Shown here: piece by piece, positions 39,301 through 47,839 of the stretch
Position numbering within the stretch: position 1 is the stretch's first letter
How the letters are laid out: every line of letters begins with the position of its first letter
Source of the DNA: Spirochaetia bacterium
GTDB taxonomy: Bacteria; Spirochaetota; Spirochaetia; DSM-2461
Reading direction: 5' to 3'
NCBI GenBank assembly: GCA_963666985.2
Contig: CAXXIA010000002.1
Span: forward strand, 2,784,001-2,848,000
DNA: 64,000 bases
Position numbers and translations under genes: made by a program
Notes under the pieces: generated by a model
The model's input: the letters and a program-made list of their open reading frames with translations, nothing else
Told to the model about the DNA's origin: nothing
The model's database searches: none

Positions 39301-39644
39301 AGTTCCACGGTTGCCGAAGCACCGCCGATGAGAATACCGTCGGCATTGTAGGCCGCGGCACAGATGGTGTAGGTGCCGAAAACCAGGTCGTCCAGTACAA
39401 TGTATCCGTCCGGTTCGACATCATACTCACTGCTGCCGCCGTTGGGCGAAGTGACGGTTACCGTAATGAGTTCGGCGTCCATGGACACTTCCGGTGCCAT
39501 GGTCAGGCCAAGCGAGTTTTGGAAGCTGATGGTGAGGGCCGCATCTCCCGAAGCGGCTTTGCTCAGAGCTCCGCAGGACGAGAGGACCAGAAGCACGGCG
39601 CCTGCCGTCAGCAGTCCACCAAAACGATTTTTCAATTTCTTCAT
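36399..39644 (-). CDS. ExeM/NucH/YhcR-like extracellular nuclease lipoprotein (Ig-like N-terminus, OB fold, EEP domain, lamin-tail domain)
   Basis: Lipobox LSSC; ISEVQG, ATFNILN, GLQEM, NNHLCSK, LGDLND, LDHIL, SDHDP; C-terminal FFSEYGEGSSYNKYVEIYN. Confidence 0.9.
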   Translation of the reverse strand: MKKLKNRFGGLLTAGAVLLVLSSCGALSKAASGDAALTISFQNSLGLTMAPEVSMDAELITVTVTSPNGGSSEYDVEPDGYIVLDDLVFGTYTICAAAYNADGILIGGASATVELNSGERVSVVLNIRPLEGEGTLSLSVFWDETEIQTPLLNASLLNSDGTTTLDMTIDGAVASCETTLDAGYYSLSVSLYDDDYLCFGWMEIVRIITDQTTTGELDFTDANINGGSIEVAIDVNLENPLTPVIGNASDIIGVSEPMALSASVEEDLSDVSYVWYLMGEAVRQGDAYIFMEDEEGTYRIDLAAFSSDGSRAGSTGFSVYVSDEVSSYIKISEVQGASHTSPMVGETIEDVLGVVTAVEDSGFWMQSPAGDGDSSTSEGIYVYTYSSHSQEVGDLVLVDGTVKEYGYSGQLKLTELTYPTVEVISTDYPLPDAVVIGKDGILPPTGTVCDDAVETVYDSVFDPDEDAIDFFESLESMRVEFDNPVVIGATTYGEIPVIPAGVTYDSATARGGLIRTEDNVNPQLLYIDYDADILGLETLSAGLGDYFTSPVTGVMSYDYGLFMLLPTEVPSFVSNPVEQETSGLETDENDLVVATFNILNFPRDDESMNSSEIQAKIEDIAYTIATALNAPDIIGLQEMTDDSYSDDDGTVGAADNAQSIIDAVVSLGGPSYEYLEIAPNNNDEGGWEGANIRVGYLYNPSRVGFTAAGTPMASTETEVVDDGDGPSLTLNPGRFSVDSFKDSRRPLAAQFEFNGEKVFLVNNHLCSKSGDDYIFGENQPPVFSSETERHIQAEAVRDFVNDILDIDADANVIVLGDLNDYSYSETLDILKEASIESVTEELLDENERYSYFYYGNCQQLDHILATSGLMKNAQVDIVHRYAEYDSQVRESDHDPVVAAFSFDSGSSSTDGTLFFSEYGEGSSYNKYVEIYNPGSETVDLNGYTLVLYSNGSTTETASYSFTEELAANDVLVIANPQSGSTILGLTDIESSAVNFNGDDCMRLLDASGSIIDQIGIFGEKAEAEVAGTASATKDHTLVRKPSVLTGNAGDWSTSAGTDTDDSEWIVYDKDCWDYLGSHSVQ

Positions 39645-40051
39645 TATTCCCTCCATGGGTGATATCGGTTATCTCATTATTAATCCGATTACTGAGTTTT
39701 TTTAGGTTATAATTGAATGAGAATTCAGTTTTTTTTGTTTGAGGATGATGAAGCATGGATGACCGGGCGGATTGATGGCATTGCTTGGGTATCGGCGGGC
39801 GGCATCGGCTTCCGGTGGGTTATGGCGGATTACGGCGGTTCGGGGAGGACCGTTCGTTCGCGGCGAAGAGACGCAGTACCCGAAAAGGCTTAAGGCGGCT
39901 CGCGGCGGGCGCCCAGGGGTCGGGAGGCGCGGAGCGCCTGCCCCACAACAAATCATTGGAATCTCACGGATTAAATGCGCAGATTTCTATAGGTGACTCG
40001 ATGCCGTCTTATCTCCGTACATCCTTGCCATGAACGGAAAGGATCGCTATC

Positions 40052-40876
40052 GTGGCTTTCATGCGCGTGTTTTTCATCGCGGAGATTGTCGGAAAAGCCG
40101 GTCATTTTACTCTGAAGGCCAACCTTGGTGATTTTATCAAGGAGAAAAAGGTCGATTTCGTGCTGGCCGACGCCAATGGGGCCACGGGCGGTTTCGGGTT
40201 GGGAAAGAACCACGCGCTCACTTTGCGCAAGAGGGGAATCCGCGTTCTGACCGGCGGGGAATGCATCTATTACAAGAAGGATATCGTCGAGTTTATGCCG
40301 AAGGCTTCGTGGATTCTGCGGCCGGCGAATCTGCCGCCCGGTATTCCGGGACGAGGATGGGGTGTTTATGATTCGCCCGCGGGAGAGATCGGCGTTATCT
40401 GCATGCTCGGTCAGTCCGGATTCACCCGTGTCCATGCGAACAATCCTTATACGTATCTGCCGGAGATCGTGAAAAAAATTCGGGAACGAACGAATACGAT
40501 TCTCCTTGTTTTTCATGCCCTGACCACGGCGGAGAAGCGAACGATGGGGTTCCATGCCGACGGGATGGTTTCGGCGATGCTCGGAACAGGCACCCGCTGT
40601 CAAAGCGCCGACGCAGAGCTTTTTCCCGGCGGTACCGCGTATATCACCGATGCCGGTCGGACAGGAAGCCGCGCTTGTGTGAATGGAATGGAGAATGAAA
40701 CGGAGATGCGAATTCTCCTGAGCCGGGTTCCCGAGAGGTCCAAAGACGGGTGGGGCGATCTCCGCATGCAGGGCGTGCTCATGGATATCGGCGAAGATGG
40801 AAAGGCAACGGCAATCGAGGCGATTGATTTGCCGAGCAGGGAGGAGCCGGATGATCCGTACGGCAAGGGTGGTTGA
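40052..40876 (+). CDS. YmdB/TIGR00282 family metallophosphoesterase-like protein (degenerate metal ligands)
   Basis: ILRPAN.P...PGRG, FHALTTAEK, AYITDAGRTG; overall YmdB layout. Confidence 0.85.
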   Translation: MAFMRVFFIAEIVGKAGHFTLKANLGDFIKEKKVDFVLADANGATGGFGLGKNHALTLRKRGIRVLTGGECIYYKKDIVEFMPKASWILRPANLPPGIPGRGWGVYDSPAGEIGVICMLGQSGFTRVHANNPYTYLPEIVKKIRERTNTILLVFHALTTAEKRTMGFHADGMVSAMLGTGTRCQSADAELFPGGTAYITDAGRTGSRACVNGMENETEMRILLSRVPERSKDGWGDLRMQGVLMDIGEDGKATAIEAIDLPSREEPDDPYGKGG

Positions 40877-41432
40877 TTTTCAGCCGAAGCTGAGGAAGCG
40901 GAATGATGCCGCTCCCGGCGGTATCTATGTTATGAACGACGATATCCCCTCGGCCAAGGCCGCTTCTTCAAGGCGCTTCTGGGGCGTGCGGGAGAGGGCG
41001 TACAAAGTTGCCGATCCGATGGGACTTTCTCCCAAACCGGGAGATACGGTGGAGATTTTTCTGCCGCCGGGACGAACGGTTCTCTCGGCGGCAATAACGT
41101 TCCTTCTTCCACTGGCTCTGTTCCCCGTGGGCTTCTCTTTGGCGGATCGGCTCTTTCCGGGTATGGGCGCTGATGCGGTGGAAGCCGTGAAGAGTGCGGC
41201 CGAATCGGCGGCCTCCGCGGCGTCCGCTTCCAATACGGCCGCTTCCGAGGGATTCTCCTTCTTGATCGGTTTCGGCTTTCTTTTGGCGGGAATCCCTTTC
41301 GGAGCCCTGCTTCGCAGGATTACGGGAAATGGAAACGCCGTTCCGCAGATTACACGGGTACTGACATCCGCGGAGGCCGTTCGGTGTTCGAAGGATGGTG
41401 CCGGCTGCGGGAGCTGTACGATCTGCGGTTAG
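40851..41432 (+). CDS. RseC/RnfF-like membrane protein
   Basis: PGDTVEIFLP...TFLLPL TM pair; C-terminal C-X5-CGSCTIC; GGAGGAG RBS. Confidence 0.65.
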   Translation: MIRTARVVDFQPKLRKRNDAAPGGIYVMNDDIPSAKAASSRRFWGVRERAYKVADPMGLSPKPGDTVEIFLPPGRTVLSAAITFLLPLALFPVGFSLADRLFPGMGADAVEAVKSAAESAASAASASNTAASEGFSFLIGFGFLLAGIPFGALLRRITGNGNAVPQITRVLTSAEAVRCSKDGAGCGSCTICG

Positions 41433-41480
41433 CTCTGTTTTTATCCGTCTTTCTTGGGGTTTGAAATTGAGGATTTCGGG

Positions 41481-42611
41481 TTAATCCTCGGCACCGGCTA
41501 TTTCGTTGATGGCTCCGGCCATATCTTCAAGCGCGACGACTTGAGTAATGTAATCATGCTCAATGGCCACTCGGGGCATACCGAAAACAACGGAACTTTC
41601 TTCGTCTTGGGCCAGAGTAATGCCGCCTTCGGCATATATGGAACCAATTTCCCTGGAGCCGTCTTTTCCCATGCCCGTCATGATGATGGCCAGAACCGCG
41701 TTGCCGTATTGTTTGGACACGGAAGAAAAAAGCACCCCCGCGGAGGGTTTGTGTCCGTTGACGTTTTCGCCGTCTTCGAGATGAATTACGGCCGCAAGCC
41801 TTCGTTTTTCAATGGTGACGTGCCTGTCTCCGGGTGCTATGAGAATGCGCCCGGGTTTGGCGATATCTCCCTCGGCGGCTTCTTTAACTTCCAGCGGACA
41901 GATTTTATTCAGGCTGTTGGCGAATTCGGCGGTGAATCCGGGCGGCATGTGCTGAACAACCACAATGGGAACCGCCAGGCTGGGCGATATATCGGCAAAG
42001 ACTTTCCTTAAAGCGTTCGGCCCGCCGGTGGAAATCCCAATGGCGATTATTTCCGGAGGAGCCGGTCCCCTTTTCGGGGTTAGTTTGGGCCAGCCGTCCG
42101 ATATGATTTTTCGCTCGGAAACAGCCGCCGGCGGTGCCTCCGCCGGAGTTCGCTTTCGGGATTCGATTTTTGTCGGAGCTCCCGTTTTTTTTGCCTTGGT
42201 TTTTCGGTAGGTGCTGCCGAAAGCTTTTACCATCTCGATGAGCTGACTTGCGGTTTCTTTGTTTCTGTCCGGAGTTTCTCCGGACGGTTTGGTAATAAAG
42301 TCGGCGGCGCCGAGTGAGAGGGCCTTCATGGTTACCGAGGCTCCTTTTTTTGCCACCGCCGAAAGGATGATAACAGGAACGTCCCAGCCGTTTTCTTTGC
42401 GTTTTTCTAAAAACCCGATGCCGTCCAGTTCCGGCATTTCCAAATCAAGGACAATAACGTCGGGCCGCAGGTTCTCGGTTTTGCGGAGGGCAAATCTCCC
42501 GTTCATTGCGACATCCGCGACTTCTATCTCTTCGTCCGATTCAAGCATTCGCCGGATGAGATTGCGCATCAAAGCCGAGTCGTCGACGATTAAGACAGAA
42601 ACGGGATCCAT
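41481..42611 (-). CDS. cheB: Chemotaxis response regulator protein-glutamate methylesterase
   Basis: REC domain (VDDS, LDLEMP) + GISTGGP, QHMP, TGMGKDG. Confidence 0.97.
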   Translation of the reverse strand: MDPVSVLIVDDSALMRNLIRRMLESDEEIEVADVAMNGRFALRKTENLRPDVIVLDLEMPELDGIGFLEKRKENGWDVPVIILSAVAKKGASVTMKALSLGAADFITKPSGETPDRNKETASQLIEMVKAFGSTYRKTKAKKTGAPTKIESRKRTPAEAPPAAVSERKIISDGWPKLTPKRGPAPPEIIAIGISTGGPNALRKVFADISPSLAVPIVVVQHMPPGFTAEFANSLNKICPLEVKEAAEGDIAKPGRILIAPGDRHVTIEKRRLAAVIHLEDGENVNGHKPSAGVLFSSVSKQYGNAVLAIIMTGMGKDGSREIGSIYAEGGITLAQDEESSVVFGMPRVAIEHDYITQVVALEDMAGAINEIAGAED

Positions 42612-42620
42612 CCGACCTCC

Positions 42621-43442
42621 TTATTTAATTACGCCTTTTCCGTAAATACAGGCCCAATCGGTTTTAACGAATTCGAATTTCGTTTCCATTCCGAACAGTG
42701 ATTCGGAATGCCCGATGAACAGAAAGGAGTGAGGCGCCATGGCGTTCCAGAAATGATCGATGACATTTTTCTGAGCGGCTTCGTCGAAGTAGATGAGAAC
42801 ATTGCGACAGAATATGATATCCAGATTCTTTAGGCCAGTGTCGAATTTCAGGTTGTGATAATCGAATTTAATAATTTTCTTGAGGGAATCTTTGATCCGG
42901 TATCCGTCGTCAACCGGATCGAAGTACTTTTTCAGGTAGTTCTCCGGTATACCGGTAATCCGTGAAGCGGGATAGAATCCCTCCTTGGCTTTCATTAAAG
43001 ATTTCAGACTCAGGTCCGAAGCTATAACCTCGATGGTCCAATCCGACGGAAGATACTCGCTGAGAACCATCGCGTTTGTATACGGTTCTTCTCCGGTTGA
43101 GCATCCGGCACTCCAGATGCGGATGATTTTTGATCCCGAGGCCGACTTCAGTTTCTTTAAATCCGGAATAACATAGTTAATGAAGGTATCGTAATGAGCC
43201 TGGTTCCGAAAAAAACGAGTCAGGTTTGTCGTAATGGCGTCCAGGAAGTTCTTTGTTTCTTCTCGATCTTTTTTGAGGAGGTCCAGATAGTCGGAAGGAG
43301 AGAAACCGTCCATGTTTCTCAGTCTTTCCTTAAGACGGCTCTCCAAGATGGATCTGTTGGATTCGGAAAAATGGATGCCGCTCTCGGAATAAATGTAATC
43401 CCGCATATTCTGAAACACTGCATCGCTTAAAAAATCGGACAT
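42621..43442 (-). CDS. cheR: Chemotaxis protein-glutamate methyltransferase
   Basis: TTNLTRFFR, IWSAGCSTGEEPY, IFCRNVLIYFD, GHSESL. Confidence 0.97.
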   Translation of the reverse strand: MSDFLSDAVFQNMRDYIYSESGIHFSESNRSILESRLKERLRNMDGFSPSDYLDLLKKDREETKNFLDAITTNLTRFFRNQAHYDTFINYVIPDLKKLKSASGSKIIRIWSAGCSTGEEPYTNAMVLSEYLPSDWTIEVIASDLSLKSLMKAKEGFYPASRITGIPENYLKKYFDPVDDGYRIKDSLKKIIKFDYHNLKFDTGLKNLDIIFCRNVLIYFDEAAQKNVIDHFWNAMAPHSFLFIGHSESLFGMETKFEFVKTDWACIYGKGVIK

Positions 43443-43587
43443 ATTTAATTCATCCTATTATGTATTATTAAAGTCTAGGTTGGCCTTATAAGGGTGTCAA
43501 CAACATCTGATGTTTCCGGGAAATTATGCCCGATACGCCGAGAAAAGAGTCCTGTTTTACGGTATCGATGCGATATAATTTCAGTTG

Positions 43588-44076
43588 ATGTCCTCATTAC
43601 GAAATATCTATAACCTCCATGTCGTCGGAGTGGCTTTGACGGGACGCGATGGATTCCCGGTTGTTGTCTTTCAAGATACCGAGAGGGAGAATTTCCTTTC
43701 CCTGCCGACCGATCCTTTCGAAGCCGAGTTTATAATCCGCGAATTTATCGGTGAAGGGGAAGACTCCGCCGTGAGCTGGCTGGCCGAAATCATCGGCGGA
43801 AAATCTCTCCGGCAAGCCGTTCTGGAAATCGGCGCCGACAATCGCCCCGCAGTCCGCTTTTTCTTCGGCGGACTGAAAACACCCTCCGAAAGGGTTCTGC
43901 CTTTGGGTGAGGGGCTGGGTTTGTGCCGGAGGCTTCGTCTGCGGCTCTCCGCCGAATCGGATATATTTGAATTATTCCGCGACGAATTGGCTTTTCTCTG
44001 CAAGGGAAATGCGTTTCGAGAGAATTTTCTCTACTTGACCCCGCCGCTCTATGCGCCCACGATAGCCGTGGAATAA
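43588..44076 (+). CDS. Divergent DUF151/bifunctional nuclease-like protein
   Basis: VVGVAL...PVVVFQD....LSLP...FEA N-terminal pattern; other family motifs poorly conserved. Confidence 0.5.
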   Translation: MSSLRNIYNLHVVGVALTGRDGFPVVVFQDTERENFLSLPTDPFEAEFIIREFIGEGEDSAVSWLAEIIGGKSLRQAVLEIGADNRPAVRFFFGGLKTPSERVLPLGEGLGLCRRLRLRLSAESDIFELFRDELAFLCKGNAFRENFLYLTPPLYAPTIAVE

Positions 44077-44139
44077 TCGCTCGGGACTATGTTTTTCAGC
44101 TTAAGCCCGCGCGGATATCACTGAAGGAATATTGCTCAC

Positions 44140-44961
44140 ATGAAAATACAAGCTCTCTCCGGAAGGAATGTTTGGATTACCGGTGCCTCCTCCGGTATCG
44201 GACTTGAAATGTCTCTGCTGGCCGCGGAAGCCGGTGCTCATTTGACGTTGTTCTCATCAAGACGGGAAGCCCTGGCCGAAGCGGCCCGTCTTTGCCAGGT
44301 GAAAGGTGCCGCCTCGGTTTTTTTTGAAGCGGTTGATCTCTCCGAAGCCGAATCGGCCGCCGCCGTCTCCAGGAAGGTTTTGGAATCCTCCGGAACGCCG
44401 GACTATCTTATTCTGAATGCCGGAATTTCACAGCGCTCTCCGGCCGCTCTGACGGACATGGCGGTGGTTCGGAAGATTATGAATCTGAATTTTTTCGCTG
44501 CCGTCGCCATGACCCGGGAAGTTCTTCCGTCCATGGCGGAAAAAGGTTTCGGGCGAATCGGCGTTACCAGCAGTCTAACGGGTGTTTTCGGATATCCTCT
44601 GCGCTCGGCGTATGCGGCCAGCAAGCACGCCCTGCACGGGTATTTCGAATCCGTTGCCCTGGAATACGCTTCGTCGGGGATCAAAACAACCTTGGCGGTT
44701 TTAGGTCCGATCAACACACCGATCAGTCTGAATTCTCTTACCGGAGACGGCGGCCGGCACGGAAAAATGGACGCGAATCAGGAGAAGGGCATGGATGCCC
44801 GGATCTGCGCCGAAAAATATTGGAACGCCGTTATCCGGGGCCGCTGGGAAACGGTTATCGGCGGATTTAAAACGATCATGCTGTTCTTTTACCGAAATCT
44901 GCCCTTTCTTTATCGATTTATCGGAAAGAGAATTAGCCCCACCGGAAACCGACGCCCTTGA
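44140..44961 (+). CDS. SDR family oxidoreductase (candidate 3-ketocapnine reductase)
   Basis: WITGASSGIG, LNAG, YAASK. Confidence 0.9.
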   Translation: MKIQALSGRNVWITGASSGIGLEMSLLAAEAGAHLTLFSSRREALAEAARLCQVKGAASVFFEAVDLSEAESAAAVSRKVLESSGTPDYLILNAGISQRSPAALTDMAVVRKIMNLNFFAAVAMTREVLPSMAEKGFGRIGVTSSLTGVFGYPLRSAYAASKHALHGYFESVALEYASSGIKTTLAVLGPINTPISLNSLTGDGGRHGKMDANQEKGMDARICAEKYWNAVIRGRWETVIGGFKTIMLFFYRNLPFLYRFIGKRISPTGNRRP

Positions 44962-45131
44962 GTAAGCGGTATTCTTAAGGGGGGCGAATTTCAGATTCGC
45001 TCTTCCCTTACACGACAAACACAGGTAAACTGTCAACGAAAAATTTCACGCTTCTTCGGTGGACTCGTCTTGCACGGGCGAACTGGGGTTGACGGGCACA
45101 AAGGACGCTCTTTAAGAAGCAATTCCTACAT

Positions 45132-46013
45132 ATGGATCAACTCTCGCAACTTGAAAGCCTTGGCGTTCACATCCTGCGTGAGGCTTACGCCAATTTCCGG
45201 AATTTGTGCATGCTGTGGTCCATCGGCAAGGATTCGACTGTCCTCCTCTGGCTGGCTCGTAAAGCTTTCTACGGACATGTTCCCTTTCCGCTGGTGCACA
45301 TCGACACGCATTACAAAATTCCTGAAATGATTGAATACCGGGACAGACTGACACGGGAGTGGAAGCTTCCGATGGTCTACGGGGAGAATAAGGCGGCTTT
45401 GGAAGCCAAGCAGACATATCCCGACGGCAACGTCGACAGGATTAACTGCTGCCGGCTCTTGAAAGCCGAGGCGCTGAAGAACACTCTCAACGGATCCTGG
45501 CCGCGGTATCGGTTCAACCATGAGGCCGATGAGTATCAGGTGGACAAAGATACGGAGGCGTACACCGGCGTTATCGTCGGAGTTCGATCCGACGAGGAGG
45601 GTTCCCGTTCCAAGGAACGCTACTTCTCGCCCCGTGATACCGAAAATGCCTGGGATGTGGGTGATCAGCCTCCGGAATTCTGGAATCAGTTTAAAACCGA
45701 CTTCGCGCCGGGAACGCATGTCCGCATTCATCCTTTATTGGACTGGACCGAAACGAACATCTGGGAGTACATCGAACGGGAAGGGATTCCGACGGTGTCA
45801 CTGTACTACGACCAGGGCGAAGGCATTCGTTATCGTTCCCTGGGGTGCGGTCCCTGCACGCATCCGGTTGAGTCCGACGCGAAAAACGTCCGGGACATCA
45901 TCGTTGAACTTCAATCCGGCAAGTTCGCGAATATCGCGGAGCGATCCGGCCGGGCACAGGACAAAGAAGACGGCGGCGGATTGGAAACGCTGCGGCGCGA
46001 GGGGTACATGTAA
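45132..46013 (+). CDS. cysD: Sulfate adenylyltransferase subunit 2
   Basis: [45 protein letters not shown]. Confidence 0.95.
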   Translation: MDQLSQLESLGVHILREAYANFRNLCMLWSIGKDSTVLLWLARKAFYGHVPFPLVHIDTHYKIPEMIEYRDRLTREWKLPMVYGENKAALEAKQTYPDGNVDRINCCRLLKAEALKNTLNGSWPRYRFNHEADEYQVDKDTEAYTGVIVGVRSDEEGSRSKERYFSPRDTENAWDVGDQPPEFWNQFKTDFAPGTHVRIHPLLDWTETNIWEYIEREGIPTVSLYYDQGEGIRYRSLGCGPCTHPVESDAKNVRDIIVELQSGKFANIAERSGRAQDKEDGGGLETLRREGYM

Positions 46014-47839
46014 TGAGTGGCCCCAACGGAAAAAAAATGTCTTCACTTGAGCACATGAACGTCGTGATTACCGGTCATGTGGATCATGGGAAGAGTACGG
46101 TTATCGGCCGGCTTATGGCCGATACGGGAAGCCTGCCGGAAGGTAAACTGGATCAGGTGAAAGCTTCCTGCGCCAGAAACTCGAAACCCTTCGAATACGC
46201 ATTCCTTTTGGACGCTCTCAAGGACGAACAGAGCCAGGGAATTACGATCGACTCGGCGAGAGTCTTTTTCAAAACAAAGAAGCGTCATTACATCATCATC
46301 GACGCCCCGGGGCATATCGAGTTTCTCAAGAACATGGTGACCGGCGCGGCGCGGGCCGAAGCCGCATTTCTCACGATTGATGCCGCCGAAGGCGTTCAGG
46401 AAAACTCCCGCCGTCACGGTTATCTGCTTTCCATGCTGGGCATCAAGCAGATGTGCGTGCTGGTGAATAAGATGGATTTGGTGGACTACGATCAGAAGGT
46501 CTACAAGTCCGTGGTGCGCAAATACACCCGCTTTCTGAAGAACATCAACATGGAAAACGTGAAGTTCATTCCCGTATCGGGCATGGAAGGCGACAACATC
46601 GCCTCGATGAGTAAAAACATGCCGTGGTGGAAGGGCGATACGGTGCTCACCCTGATTGATAAGTTCAAGAAGGAAAAGGCGCCGGTTGATCTGCCGTTCC
46701 GCATGCCGGTACAGGACGTGTACAAATTTACGGCCATGGGAGACAGCCGCCGGATTATCGCCGGAACCATATCAACCGGAACCTTGAAGCTTGGGGACGA
46801 GCTGGTTTTTTATCCTTCGGGAAAGAAAAGCAAGGTTGCCGGAATAGAACAATTTAACGGTGATCCTCCGGAAACCGTGCCCTCGGGGGCGGCCACCGGA
46901 TTCACCATGAGTGAGCAGATTTACACCAAGCGGGGCGACCTTGTCGTCCGCGCGGGAGAAAAGCCGCCGCAGACGGGCAATGTGATGCGCGTGAATCTGT
47001 TCTGGCTGGGAAGGGAGCCTTTCGTTAGGGATAAAGAATATATCCTGAAAACCGGAACCGAACGCGTTCGGATGAAGCTGTTCGACACGATAAAGGTTAT
47101 AGACGCATCGAATCTGAATTCGGACGGAATGAAGAAAATGGTCGAGCGTCATGATGTCGCCGATTGCGTTCTTTCCACCAAAAGACCCATTGCCTTCGAT
47201 TTGGTTGAAGATTTTCCTCAAACCAGCCGTTTCGTCATCGTGGACGGATACGAGATTGCCGGCGGCGGCATTATCCGCGAGGTGATTCGCGATAATAAGG
47301 CCAATTACCGGGACCGGGTAATGGACCGGAATCTGAAATGGGACACCAGCGATATCCCGCGTGAAAGCCGATCGGAAACATACGGCCATGCCCCGTCACT
47401 CATATTGGTCGGAGGGCCGGAAGATAAACGGAAGGCCGCCTTTGCCAAAACCATCGAGAAAAAAATGTTCGCCGAAGGGAATAAAGTTTACTACTTGGGC
47501 GTGCAGAATGTTTTGGCCGGTTTGGATTCCGATATGGAAATCAAAAGGCACCAAACCTATCCCGAGGACAGAGAAGAAATGGTTCGGCATCTTGCCGAGC
47601 TGGCGAACATTCTTCTGGATGCGGGAATCATTCTTGTCGCGACGGTTTCCGGACTTACATACGACGAACAGGAAATGTTCCGTACTTCCGTTTCGCCCGA
47701 AACGGTTCGAACCGTTTGGGTTGGCAATACGGACGGATTGGAAGTGGAGGCCGACTACGTTATTACGGATGTCGGAGAGGCTTCGGAGCATCTGGAATCC
47801 GTCATGAAGATGCTGAAGACAAAGGGGATAGGGAAATGA
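46013..47839 (+). CDS. cysN: Sulfate adenylyltransferase subunit 1 (GTPase) with degenerate C-terminal APS-kinase-like domain
   Basis: GHVDHGKST, QGITID, DAPGH, NKMD; TAATG coupling with cysD. Confidence 0.93.
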   Translation: MSGPNGKKMSSLEHMNVVITGHVDHGKSTVIGRLMADTGSLPEGKLDQVKASCARNSKPFEYAFLLDALKDEQSQGITIDSARVFFKTKKRHYIIIDAPGHIEFLKNMVTGAARAEAAFLTIDAAEGVQENSRRHGYLLSMLGIKQMCVLVNKMDLVDYDQKVYKSVVRKYTRFLKNINMENVKFIPVSGMEGDNIASMSKNMPWWKGDTVLTLIDKFKKEKAPVDLPFRMPVQDVYKFTAMGDSRRIIAGTISTGTLKLGDELVFYPSGKKSKVAGIEQFNGDPPETVPSGAATGFTMSEQIYTKRGDLVVRAGEKPPQTGNVMRVNLFWLGREPFVRDKEYILKTGTERVRMKLFDTIKVIDASNLNSDGMKKMVERHDVADCVLSTKRPIAFDLVEDFPQTSRFVIVDGYEIAGGGIIREVIRDNKANYRDRVMDRNLKWDTSDIPRESRSETYGHAPSLILVGGPEDKRKAAFAKTIEKKMFAEGNKVYYLGVQNVLAGLDSDMEIKRHQTYPEDREEMVRHLAELANILLDAGIILVATVSGLTYDEQEMFRTSVSPETVRTVWVGNTDGLEVEADYVITDVGEASEHLESVMKMLKTKGIGK

